Source: an uncultured bacterium
GTDB lineage: Bacteria; GCA-001730085
Reading direction: 5' to 3'
DNA: 32,000 bases
Assembly (NCBI GenBank): GCA_964565945.1
Contig: CAZMGY010000003.1
Location: 1-32,000 of the forward strand
The notes under the pieces were generated by a model, which was not told the origin of the DNA, did no database searches, and was given only the letters and a program-made list of their open reading frames with translations. Shown piece after piece: positions 20,301 through 29,497 of the stretch; the first letter of the stretch is position 1; each line of letters starts with the position of its first letter. The translations under genes and the position numbers were made by a program.

Positions 20301-23300
20301 AATTGGATGGGAAGAAGATTACTCTTTCTCGTCAGCAAATGCAAGCTTTGATCGCTGGTGAGTCTGTTAGAGAAGAGGCTGTGATATTTGACTCTACTGA
20401 TAGAGGCAACAGTTTAGTTATAGGTTATATTGTGACCGATGCGGGACAAGTTCAGCAAAACCGTCAACAAGGAGGGATCACTCAACCTGTAGTGCCTCTG
20501 TCTAAAAGCGAGATTGAGACCAAAGTCTTGGGACGTGTTCGTGATGCCGAAAAAACCGCATTGCAACAGAGACTTTCTAGAGAAGGTTCGTCGATTGCTG
20601 TGCGAAAAGCAATCGAATTAAGTCGAGATGAAAATCTCTTGATTGCAGATAGTGAAGACAAAGATAAGCGTAGCGATAAAGACTTGGCTGAGGCCATGCT
20701 TGTTAAGGAAATGTCTAGGGGAGAATCAATAGTACGCTTTTTCGGCACAATAGTTCTTTTGAGTGTGACCATGATGTCAGTTGTGATTGTGATTGCTTTA
20801 GCCATGGGAAACTTGCAAGTGCTTCTTTTCGGAGCGTTTATTGTGATTACGATAGCCTTGATCGCTATGATTATCTCTCGCACGGTCGATGCCATTAAAG
20901 GCAAAGGAAAACGTCCTCGTTTTCTCGAGCGGATGATTTATCCAGTTAATCAAAGTGAAAAAGGGAAAAACGTTAGGCGTGTTTTTTGGATTTCCATGCT
21001 TATTCTTGGAGCAGGTCTTCTTGTGGCGACGCTTGTCATTTTCTCGATTAATGGTGTGGCTTTTTTTGATTTGGGAAGCACTGTGTTAACCGCCGAACAG
21101 TTGGTGTTGCCGATCATTGGAGGAATGGTGGGCGCTTCTTTTCTGTTTGGACTTATTGGAAGTATTGTTACGTTTAAAGGAATTGGAGAAGGCGGGACCA
21201 AAAAGGCGGCGGAACGTTTACGAGAAGAGAGAGAGCGCGCTTCAGACGGTTTTGTGCCAAAAGAAGATGAGAATCTAACAAAAGCCCGTGAGATTTCAGC
21301 TGATGTGAAAAATAATTTACGGCGCATGGTATTTGCACTTAAACAAGCGAAATTGAGTGACCGTCAGATCGAAAAGGCGCTTAAGAATGTTGAACAAGAG
21401 CATTTGGTAGGTTGGAACGAGAACGTAGAGGCTCAAGATCGTGAAGATTTAGAAGTGGGAGGTGTTTTAGGAGTTTTGCAGGGGGTTCTCAAAAAAGGAG
21501 CCAAAGACGATGTGAAAGCGAAGATAGACAAAGCGATCGATGAGATTTTGAAACCTATACTTGCAGTATTGGATAGGACCGCCACGAAGGATATTTTAGA
21601 TGCTGTTAATCAGGATTTGAATCTTAATGTGGAGATATCCGAGATAGAGCGTCAGGTGGGTGCAGAGGATGCTACTCGTGTTAGGGATGCTACTACTAAG
21701 CTAGGACAGGCACAGCAAGAGGGGGAGGATTCCGATGATATAGCAACAACTGCCGATGTTCAGCGAGAGGTTAGTGTTAAACTTGTCGATGTTTTAAAGT
21801 TCTACCGTCAGTTGGAGGAGCAAGCCGATGTTATTACTAATGCGGCTGAGCTAAAAGAAAACGATATTCAGGCTCAAGGGCAGGTTGGTCAAAGTGTGTT
21901 GGGGCAGCAGCCAGGTGTGACATTTCCTTTGCAAGGCATGGGGTTTCAAAATCAACAGCGTTTAGGGGGTATGTCTGGTGCGTTAAAATCCCTTTTGAGT
22001 CAGTCAACTCCCTCGAAACAAGGGGAGTTCGGTGAAGATTTTGATCAGCTACTGCAAGCTCAATCTTTGGAGAATGCCGAAAGTGGAAAGGGGCAATCGC
22101 AGATATTGCCGCCCTTAACCGCCCCTGATGAGTTGCTGTTGAATGAAGGTACTAGGCGCGTAAACTCTAACAATAGTTTCCCGTATATGGAGCAGACGCG
22201 TCAATATCATGAAAATAGCCTGAGTGGCTTTAAGGAAAAAATAGAGGGGGATATTTCTAAGTTGCCTCCTGCTCAACAGGCGGAATATCAAGAGCGTTTG
22301 GCCGATGTAGAAAACTTTGGGCCGCGACGCTCACCCCCATTTCGTGGAGGGGATAAGCACGAGGATACACTTGTGGAGGTTATCAATGATTTAGAGCAAG
22401 AGCTGTCTACGTCGCAATCGTCATATTTGGACTCTTCTTTTGAATCTGATGTGAGTTCTAAAGAGCTGCTAAGAGCGCAAAATAATTTTGAGCGTACTGT
22501 TGAGGCAGGAGAAGCCCGTCGACAAACCTTGATAAAGGATTACGTTGATACGATGGAGACCTATCAAAAACAATTGAATCTTGCAGATAAGCCAAGCACC
22601 TTTGCCGAAATAAGCGTTTTAGCAAGCAAAAAAAATAATCTGTCCTTGCTGTTTGATATTTCTCAAGCGCGTAAATCCTTGTTTCAGCGAGCTAGAGATA
22701 TCGATTTCAATTTAGAACGACACTTACAAAAGAGGGAGCAAGATTCTGGTTTTCTTGTGGAGTCCAGCAATCTTATGTCTCATCAAGTGGACCATTTAGA
22801 CTCTCAGAGCAATGCCTTCTCTGAGAGTCTTCAGTTTTTGGATGGGGATTTTCTTGAAAACTTGCATAGCTCAAATGAAAGGGTCCAAAGTCTTTTTGAT
22901 GATGTTATTAGTTTCGACAGGAATTTGAGAGTAATGGCATCTTTTCAGGAATTGGAGAGAGAAGAGAGGATCGTGAATAAGATTAAGACCCGTTTGTTTT
23001 CATTGAAATCAGAGATGGAGAAGGCTTCCGTGGAAAAGATAGAGAAATGGATTAGCTATCAATTGGAGACAATTGCGGCGCTACGTCAGGGCAAAGAAGA
23101 TCAGGTAAAAAATATTCAGGGTCTAAAGGATATTACAGGTAATACTCGGATTCCAGATGATCTCCTAGAGGCTTTGTTACCTCGAAGGCAGTCGTTGCAA
23201 CAAGATGAGATAGGTATTAAGCCGCTTGTGCCTTCTGTTCGTAAAGGGTTACTCTTAGAAGTCCCTCAACAAACGGACGATGTGCGGGTTGTGATGAATC

Positions 23301-26300
23301 GCGATAGATTGAAAGTCCAATTGCAAAATAAATTCGATATTAATGCGGTTGATATTGAGACCTTTTTGACTCATTTGGAAGGGCTAAAAGTGTTAAAGGC
23401 GCAGGCTGATGGTAATGTTGAGTTCAAAGCCTCTGTACTACGAAAAAAGCAGGCTGATTTATTATTACCCCGAGGTGTTTCGCTTAGAAACGTGCAAGAG
23501 GCCTTTGTGCAAGTGGCTGACGATTTGAGGATTGATGGGACAGGCGTTGCGAATCAACAAGAATTATCCTTGCAAGTAACGGGGCGACCTAACACAATTA
23601 TACGAGGTGTGATTGGGGTTTTGGCTGTTGGACTTATTGCTGGAGGTGTTGGGCTGCTTTTTGTTTCGAGCCTTTCAGGAATTGGACTTGCCTTGATTAC
23701 GATTGGAGTGGTGGCTTTATTGACAACTACTGTTGTGCGTGACCGTCAGAGGGTGACTAATAAAACGGCATGGGCTTATGGACTTGTGGGTGGAGGCTTA
23801 GCTTTGGCAACTCTGATTCTGGCAATTGTTGGTTTGATGATTGGAATGGCCGTTCCGGTAATTGTTTTGGCCGTAACAACGGCGGTTGTTGTGTCTATGA
23901 TTTTTGTGACACAATTGGTGCACCGTGCGTTTGTTCCGCGTCAAGAAGTACGGGTAAATGTGCTTAAAGAAAGTCGTACGATGAAAGCCATTCGGATTAT
24001 TGCAGGTGTTCTTGCCTTTGCGACCATTGTGGGTTTGGTTGTTTTTTTTGGTATAGCCACTGGGACGAATGCTTTGATTGTGTTGGGGATACCGTTTCTG
24101 TTGCTCTTATGGACGATGGCAGTGTATCGCTTTGGCACTAAGGATTATCAACGGGAAGCTTTTCGTAATCGTGGATTTTTTCCCACACTTTTTCACAATA
24201 TTTCTTCCACTTTTTTGGGACAAGTGATTACGCTTGTCTTGTTGATTGGACTGGGTGCAGGACTTTTTTTTGGCTTGAGTGGATTTATGATGGCGGCCAA
24301 TTTGGGAGGTTTTTTGTTGGTGGCTGGGGTGGCGCTTTTGGTGATTGTGCTGTTGTATCACTTGGGCAAAACCATTTTTGGTCGTTCGGACTTTTTGTAT
24401 AAAAAGACATCTACATCTGAGTCAAATCAAGATTTGACCGTGATACATCTTAAGAGCCAGAGTGGTAAGCAATCGGGATTAAATGTTGCTCCTATCATTC
24501 CAGGAATTGGAGAAGCGAAAGGCCCTGAGTATATTTACCGTTTAGCAAAAACGCCCAATGGTGAAGAGAGTTATGTGCGTGTTAAGGTGGGTCGCTTTAA
24601 GCGTCAAATTGTTGATAGTAGTGATGCTAGAGGTTTGTTTGGTACCAAACGGCAAGCAAATGGTTATAAATTCGAAGCCAAACAGGTTCCTGGAGACAAG
24701 ATTGAAGGCTATAACGGTCAGGCGGATAATCGTATTTTGGTGATGACCGAAGAAGGTACGAAGCTACGCACTTCAAGAGCTGGGGGATACATCATAGCGG
24801 CGATCATTTTATTAACGATTCTTGCCATAGCGATAGCTGTTTTGGCGGTTGAGTTGGGAGGGACTTTTGAAGCGATTGGGACATTTATTGCCAATATTGC
24901 GACAGCAGGGTTTGCGTTGCCTACCGTTACTGCAGTGGGAACCGCGGGTGGAGGAACTGGAGCTGTGATTGCGACTTTTTTTACGACAACTTTACCCAAT
25001 GCTGTTTTATGGCTTTTTTTGGCAGGAGAAGAAATTTCTCGTTTGGCTGTGATTTTGGCTGGTGTGGGTATTCTTGTTATGGTGGGCTTGGCGACGGTGC
25101 GTTTTTATTTGAATAATCACGTCAATGAACGTAAATACGATCCTAAAATTTTGCCTGAAGGTCAGAAAATGACTCGCGAGCAAACGATTACAGAAGCCAA
25201 TATCTATTTGAAAAATCGTCGTGCTGTGGATTGGTTTCATCGTTTGATGATGGGTTTAATGTTATTGGCGATTCTTGCTGCAGCGATTGGTGTTGCGCTG
25301 GGAGGATCTGCGGTTTTTGCAATTACAATGCCTCTCTTTGCCGTAAGTGTGGGTATCTTTTTGCTCTATGAGTTGGTGAGCATTTTGAACAGGATGCGAA
25401 AAAGAGCGTTCCCGACGAAAATCGAGTATCAAGAAATAGATCCTGTTTCGGGTCAACCTGTGATCAAAACGATCAATTTGGAGCCTCGCCAATTGTTGCC
25501 AATCTGGATGGAGGTGTTGGCTTTTATAGCTGTTGTGGGATTCTTTTCTTTGAGCTTGATTCCCAGTATTGGTACGTTGGCTCTGTCTATGATTTTGATT
25601 GGTGCGGCGGTGATCATATTGATTTTCTATGGATTTCGCGAATTTAAAAATCATCGCTATAGCCTGAAGAGTAGAGATTTGAAAGATCTTGAAAAAGGAA
25701 ACGCAGATCAAGAGCAAGCGTGGGTGGAAGAGCACCAAGATGTGCAAGAGTTTTTAACTGATTTGTCAAATAAAGGCTATACCTATCCCGATGCGCATAA
25801 GAATACCTTGCAAAGCTATGTCAATCGTTTGACTTCAAATCATCCTGATTATGTCCAAGACACTGCTGCGAGAGCTGCAGTGGTTCAAGAGATGAAGACT
25901 TATCTCGATACGATGAAGTCTGTTTTGACGAAGACTGCAGGCACACAGTTTGATCCCAAGGCTGTTGGGCAAGAAGGATTTTCTTTTGAAGCCAAAGCGA
26001 TTATTGATGCTGTGGGCACTTCTCAAATTTATGAGTTTCTCAGGGAATTAGAGGAGTTACCTCAATTGGATGCTGGCGCTATCCTGCCACTTTACAGTTT
26101 TAGGAACGGTCCGATCTTTACTTCTGTTCGGGAACAAATCAATGATCAAATGCGACAAGGTCAGGTAAGAGATGTGACAGCTCGTCCTGATGCTAAAGCG
26201 GTTCTTAAAGCTATGGAGGTTAAAGTTGCTAGTTGGGAAGATAAATCTCCAAGAGTTGTGATTAAGGAGATTAACCAAGAAGTGTATAACTTGTATTACG

Positions 26301-29300
26301 AACAAGTGAAAGCTCATTTTGAGCGCAAAGGTATAGCTTTTCCTAATAGTTTAAAGGCACGGGGGGTGCACCCTAATGGCAAGAATAACTTAGCGAATTT
26401 GATTGAGGCCTTAAAAACGGAACAAGCACGATTGTCTCAGACGAATTCTTCTCAAGCTTTGGTGATTATGAAGCTATTGACCAGTTTGGAAGGTGATCAA
26501 GATCTTAAAACTTTGCTCGACCGGAGAGACCAAAATCTTCGTCAGCATTTGAAGGTATTGCAAAAGATGTTTTTTACGGAACAAACGTATGAAAATATCG
26601 CTCGTTTGCGTGTGGTGGAGCCTCTTTTGAAAGGCCCGGTTAAAAGCCAATTGAATTTTGTCATGAAAAATCAGTTGAAGTCCTTGGGTCAAAGTCCTTC
26701 TTTTAACGAGTTTACGAGTAGGATGATTAACTGGACTCGACCAGATTCTTCTGTGCGTGAAGGGTTGCTTAATGCGACCACGCGATCGGAATGGGAGGTT
26801 TTTAATGAGAATAGTCTGGACCGGGCGGTTGAGAATAGAACGGATAGTGTTGATTTTATGAAGAACTTAGGTCTGATGTATAGTCGCTTGGATTACTATG
26901 TGTTCGAGGATGTTCTTAAAAACATCAATTCTCAGGTGGTGAATGTCTGGGCGGCCCAAGGCCGTACAGACGTTTTGGCGCGTAAAAATTTAAAGTTTCT
27001 TGAAGCTTCTATTATTCAACACAGTCTGGATAAGCAGCAACGATATCATGCTTGGCTTTTGTATAGGGATTTAGCTAATAAAATGAAGGTGGTTATGCCA
27101 GAGACAATTGAGAATGAAATTTCTGTTTTGGGGGAGAGTTTTGTCAAAACAAATCAGCAGAACGGTACTTTGTGGAAAGTCTTGCAGGCACAAGTAAATC
27201 AGTTGATTGATCAAGAGGAGATGGTTGACTTGGTGGTGATGAGACATCGGGCTTCTGATGGAGTTTGGGAAGTGGCGGTGGCGCCACATCCAGAAGGTTA
27301 TAGCGGAGAAATAGCTTTGCCTAGAGTTCAAAAAGAAGATGGTAATGTAGAGTCTAAGGCTAGGATGAATGAAAAAATGTGGTCATTTCTTGGCAGGGAT
27401 AGCACAATGTCACGGACTGATGCTCCTTTCTTCGTTGTGTTTGAAGGGGATTTGAAAGATACTCGTGTCGAAGATGGTGAAGGACGGGTGAAGGTGCAGG
27501 CTCGTATGGTGATGCTAGAAGGAGCGGATGTGGAAAATTCTGACTACCAAAACTTGCAATGGCATGAGGTTGAAGATTTTATGAAGAATGCAAGGGTTTT
27601 TGGTGAGCAGGATGTGGTGGTTCGGCAAGCTATGCGCATGCAAAAACGTAAGGAAGAATTAGGGTATATGGCAAGCGAAAGAGATTTCTATGACAGGGTA
27701 GTTTACCAGGCCTTGGAACACCTTAATCCTTCTAACAAAAAGGGTTTTTTGCTTCTTGAGAACTATAATGAACTTATGCAGAGTAAGTCCTATAGCACGA
27801 AAGCGATTGTTGAGTATTTGGAAAAGAATCACTTTTCAGATGCTCGAGATCAATTTTTGAACGAGATGATTGAGGTTTTAGCTAACGACGGAGAGAATAT
27901 CTCTGTAGAGACCTTACAAGAGATTCTTGAGGAAGAAAATGTTGTTTTAACCTCTAGTAGCTCTGGAGGAACTTTGGAACAAGCGATGCGTGATGTGATT
28001 TTGTACAGGGCTTGGGATCCTCGTGCAATTGTGCAACAAACAGAATTTCAAACCTTGCTTACGCAATGGAGTGTGGCTGGTATTCACGTGAATACCGATG
28101 ATCTGAATAAGAATAGTTTCCAAAATCAAGTGAGGAAGACTTCTTCTTTGAAGTTGCACCAGGTGCTGAATGATTTGATGCTATATATTCATCGTAAGGA
28201 ATTTCAGCATCCGCAAGAATTAAATGCATTCATAGTTTTCCTTGGACTGGGCAGGGTTGTTGGAGAAAATGGACGTCTGTCTCTGGAGTTAGATGTGAAG
28301 GATCTTGGGTCTAGTACAGAGATGTGTCAGTCTGTCTTGGCAAATAAAATGAAAGAGAAAAATATCGACAGATACTTGTCTGATGATTCTTACAATGTCA
28401 TGACCCCGAGGGCCGCTAACGTGCAGAGGCAACAGAGCTTGAGCGAAAAATCACTCAACGAGAGCCTGGACTTTGGCAGCAGGGAAGAGGAGGATTCCGA
28501 AGATACTCGGAGCGTGGCCGCTTCTTATTATGAAGAGGAACCAGAGATGAATGAGGAAGATGATATATTTACAGATCCTTTGGCGCTTAAGCGTGAAGTT
28601 GGCTTGGATGCCAAATCTGTGCGTGAGCGTGTGGGACAGCCGAAGGCAACAGCAGCTCAAAATATGGCCACGGTGACGTTTGCTACAAATGGCGCTCCTT
28701 CTGTTAACTTTACTCGTGAAACACCAACTCACGTGCAAGGTGCGATAAAATCAGTGGTTGAGGCTGTAATGCGTGCTGATACCTGGAGGAGGCAAGATTT
28801 ACGACCACGGATGCGTGAAGACGTTATTCCTGGAGATCTTCGTCAGACAATGAGGAATGCTTTGGGGGTTAGCGTAGATACTAAGAGGAAGGAATTTGTC
28901 TTGGAGGCCTTAACGCCTGACTCAATGGTAAAAAGGTTTCCTAAGGGCATTCAAATCCGTTACGATACGAATATGGGCAACTCGGCATCGTACAAGCGAG
29001 AAGACGATACCTTGGTTATTTATATCAATAGCACTTTGACTGGAGATGTAGCGAATGTTCAAGCGGTGCAAGCGATGGTTAAAAAAGCTATGTTGCACGA
29101 AATGGTAGAAACACTCTTGGTGCAAAAGCTTACTCTTATGGGTGTTTGGCAGGATATGTCTACGGCGATGCGTCCATGGCAAACCGATTCCGCCGCTTTT
29201 AGCTTGAAAGTCGAATTCGAAGCATCGGTCGAAGCGATTGCGATTCAAATGATGCCGGCTCAAGAGTTGATTAACTTGCAAGAAGCCTATGAAGAGTTTG

Positions 29301-29497
29301 TCGATTTAGATCTGTTCGAAGATATGATACGTGAGTTCTCGGCTGACTGGGAACATGAACTTATACGCCCTGATCAAATGAGAAGCAATGTGACCGCCTT
29401 GGGGAATCTTGCGTCGGCTGCTAAAACCGAAACAGGACAGGTTCAACGTACTAATGACTTTACACGTACCTGGATGGCCACCGCAATGGCGGCGTAG
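17309..29497 (+). CDS. Giant (4062 aa) polytopic membrane protein of unknown function
   Basis: Uninterrupted 12,189-nt ORF with RBS AAGGAGGG 10 nt upstream of the ATG. It has an N-terminal hydrophobic signal or anchor (aa 10-37, possible cleavage after DVFA). Three hydrophobic blocks of paired TM helices lie at nt 20729-21176, 23597-24365 and 24781-25640. They are separated by large E/Q/K/L-rich soluble regions. I recognise no named domain. Confidence 0.9.
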   Translation: MFKKVIGSLRWILLKLPVIFILQLFLFTNVNLHDVFALAPNLMSSRDEGCAAFQMCALGRQFRSRTNLEIESNRKIGEDLLDDYKNDQEILLDRRAKAEKLRDSTARSQALQHDDAGIDQNLAWLVGVSSVTGLEKDQARRVLSSLTINRSQTETGQIQYAYGDMPFFEVTNVRGDHFVMVVNRPEVAGEETAYQGFSQVHLKAQQDGRDFRMMNRADKGNFLFIKLKDGESARDAVVNEVHDTRQSLGQVREISGHLASSMYEAMAQGAIAKAFLDVQEDFELSKRREHEASEREHEQAGILAESWAQSNVREAISKMSLVGLDVNENASSQLLNTQRQQLERADIVDEVQKSLDKEFNEADKAFKALIKDSERNPLNYLSIKSEIELLGCKVSGDSDWNDGTKPIIEVDEEVFTNHVNSMTIELTRHNHNVDLLLQKGEWLEAELAEIKDEKESIKINRAVYVGKLVTFLEKQIEAHPALLIQLANEAGYDARVMDETLRSGQIENLLHSDVPLFQIILGLANQENEPSMTRNLQNLLALNGRLKKLEDKESEYTQEQQEINDNAWVSVQSLQAYFEKSFVQNFLKAVLNDEEALSLDLLMKITNKQDIKANVSILREFYTKMTSLEALDIAVLEKRLERNLDNEWKMKLENAWELLMEAPLLEQGAYFVARKVEEDFVRKARLSMQGALQVENARQAYDQVLKTNITQLTEIVEELKSNSKVSYRRAQVAALQIDMMHLIESTIKNDLMSFDPRTIESLFDSMGQIMEDSARQSGLFTESIGKALVEGVKSLLQTSYGVGVLIRPTGTGTTLGGALDNLILNSGVSSNPRTRVLDRIKPTHVRRLLNDSAKWQLRARAMQFVDTVFNELQKGPVDASTMDLYARSLLPLFQFYNEEMANEQKGLVPHPVFAGRGPGSFRGKLEAIMKPTDNGMMQRVGVQTTQAAQQEMGQLKTETQRLIQNIVNQTRLNLQRAGNDKVSLELNDDYSVSFSLKELDGKKITLSRQQMQALIAGESVREEAVIFDSTDRGNSLVIGYIVTDAGQVQQNRQQGGITQPVVPLSKSEIETKVLGRVRDAEKTALQQRLSREGSSIAVRKAIELSRDENLLIADSEDKDKRSDKDLAEAMLVKEMSRGESIVRFFGTIVLLSVTMMSVVIVIALAMGNLQVLLFGAFIVITIALIAMIISRTVDAIKGKGKRPRFLERMIYPVNQSEKGKNVRRVFWISMLILGAGLLVATLVIFSINGVAFFDLGSTVLTAEQLVLPIIGGMVGASFLFGLIGSIVTFKGIGEGGTKKAAERLREERERASDGFVPKEDENLTKAREISADVKNNLRRMVFALKQAKLSDRQIEKALKNVEQEHLVGWNENVEAQDREDLEVGGVLGVLQGVLKKGAKDDVKAKIDKAIDEILKPILAVLDRTATKDILDAVNQDLNLNVEISEIERQVGAEDATRVRDATTKLGQAQQEGEDSDDIATTADVQREVSVKLVDVLKFYRQLEEQADVITNAAELKENDIQAQGQVGQSVLGQQPGVTFPLQGMGFQNQQRLGGMSGALKSLLSQSTPSKQGEFGEDFDQLLQAQSLENAESGKGQSQILPPLTAPDELLLNEGTRRVNSNNSFPYMEQTRQYHENSLSGFKEKIEGDISKLPPAQQAEYQERLADVENFGPRRSPPFRGGDKHEDTLVEVINDLEQELSTSQSSYLDSSFESDVSSKELLRAQNNFERTVEAGEARRQTLIKDYVDTMETYQKQLNLADKPSTFAEISVLASKKNNLSLLFDISQARKSLFQRARDIDFNLERHLQKREQDSGFLVESSNLMSHQVDHLDSQSNAFSESLQFLDGDFLENLHSSNERVQSLFDDVISFDRNLRVMASFQELEREERIVNKIKTRLFSLKSEMEKASVEKIEKWISYQLETIAALRQGKEDQVKNIQGLKDITGNTRIPDDLLEALLPRRQSLQQDEIGIKPLVPSVRKGLLLEVPQQTDDVRVVMNRDRLKVQLQNKFDINAVDIETFLTHLEGLKVLKAQADGNVEFKASVLRKKQADLLLPRGVSLRNVQEAFVQVADDLRIDGTGVANQQELSLQVTGRPNTIIRGVIGVLAVGLIAGGVGLLFVSSLSGIGLALITIGVVALLTTTVVRDRQRVTNKTAWAYGLVGGGLALATLILAIVGLMIGMAVPVIVLAVTTAVVVSMIFVTQLVHRAFVPRQEVRVNVLKESRTMKAIRIIAGVLAFATIVGLVVFFGIATGTNALIVLGIPFLLLLWTMAVYRFGTKDYQREAFRNRGFFPTLFHNISSTFLGQVITLVLLIGLGAGLFFGLSGFMMAANLGGFLLVAGVALLVIVLLYHLGKTIFGRSDFLYKKTSTSESNQDLTVIHLKSQSGKQSGLNVAPIIPGIGEAKGPEYIYRLAKTPNGEESYVRVKVGRFKRQIVDSSDARGLFGTKRQANGYKFEAKQVPGDKIEGYNGQADNRILVMTEEGTKLRTSRAGGYIIAAIILLTILAIAIAVLAVELGGTFEAIGTFIANIATAGFALPTVTAVGTAGGGTGAVIATFFTTTLPNAVLWLFLAGEEISRLAVILAGVGILVMVGLATVRFYLNNHVNERKYDPKILPEGQKMTREQTITEANIYLKNRRAVDWFHRLMMGLMLLAILAAAIGVALGGSAVFAITMPLFAVSVGIFLLYELVSILNRMRKRAFPTKIEYQEIDPVSGQPVIKTINLEPRQLLPIWMEVLAFIAVVGFFSLSLIPSIGTLALSMILIGAAVIILIFYGFREFKNHRYSLKSRDLKDLEKGNADQEQAWVEEHQDVQEFLTDLSNKGYTYPDAHKNTLQSYVNRLTSNHPDYVQDTAARAAVVQEMKTYLDTMKSVLTKTAGTQFDPKAVGQEGFSFEAKAIIDAVGTSQIYEFLRELEELPQLDAGAILPLYSFRNGPIFTSVREQINDQMRQGQVRDVTARPDAKAVLKAMEVKVASWEDKSPRVVIKEINQEVYNLYYEQVKAHFERKGIAFPNSLKARGVHPNGKNNLANLIEALKTEQARLSQTNSSQALVIMKLLTSLEGDQDLKTLLDRRDQNLRQHLKVLQKMFFTEQTYENIARLRVVEPLLKGPVKSQLNFVMKNQLKSLGQSPSFNEFTSRMINWTRPDSSVREGLLNATTRSEWEVFNENSLDRAVENRTDSVDFMKNLGLMYSRLDYYVFEDVLKNINSQVVNVWAAQGRTDVLARKNLKFLEASIIQHSLDKQQRYHAWLLYRDLANKMKVVMPETIENEISVLGESFVKTNQQNGTLWKVLQAQVNQLIDQEEMVDLVVMRHRASDGVWEVAVAPHPEGYSGEIALPRVQKEDGNVESKARMNEKMWSFLGRDSTMSRTDAPFFVVFEGDLKDTRVEDGEGRVKVQARMVMLEGADVENSDYQNLQWHEVEDFMKNARVFGEQDVVVRQAMRMQKRKEELGYMASERDFYDRVVYQALEHLNPSNKKGFLLLENYNELMQSKSYSTKAIVEYLEKNHFSDARDQFLNEMIEVLANDGENISVETLQEILEEENVVLTSSSSGGTLEQAMRDVILYRAWDPRAIVQQTEFQTLLTQWSVAGIHVNTDDLNKNSFQNQVRKTSSLKLHQVLNDLMLYIHRKEFQHPQELNAFIVFLGLGRVVGENGRLSLELDVKDLGSSTEMCQSVLANKMKEKNIDRYLSDDSYNVMTPRAANVQRQQSLSEKSLNESLDFGSREEEDSEDTRSVAASYYEEEPEMNEEDDIFTDPLALKREVGLDAKSVRERVGQPKATAAQNMATVTFATNGAPSVNFTRETPTHVQGAIKSVVEAVMRADTWRRQDLRPRMREDVIPGDLRQTMRNALGVSVDTKRKEFVLEALTPDSMVKRFPKGIQIRYDTNMGNSASYKREDDTLVIYINSTLTGDVANVQAVQAMVKKAMLHEMVETLLVQKLTLMGVWQDMSTAMRPWQTDSAAFSLKVEFEASVEAIAIQMMPAQELINLQEAYEEFVDLDLFEDMIREFSADWEHELIRPDQMRSNVTALGNLASAAKTETGQVQRTNDFTRTWMATAMAA

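Noticed and set aside
17372-29281. Minus-strand and alternate-frame ORFs inside the giant ORF (for example 18371-18745, 20482-20904, 20950-21327, 25262-25747, 28922-29281).
   Set aside because: All are nested in the 12.2-kb + strand frame. Several merely mirror its hydrophobic blocks and none has start-site signals. An unbroken 4062-codon frame is far stronger coding evidence than these 60-160 codon fragments.
17309-29497. The giant ORF as a conventional giant adhesin, RTX toxin or NRPS/PKS.
   Set aside because: There are no tandem ~100-aa repeats, no GGxGxD nonapeptides, no condensation, adenylation or KS motifs, and about 20 internal TM helices. That is unlike secreted adhesins or cytosolic megasynthases.
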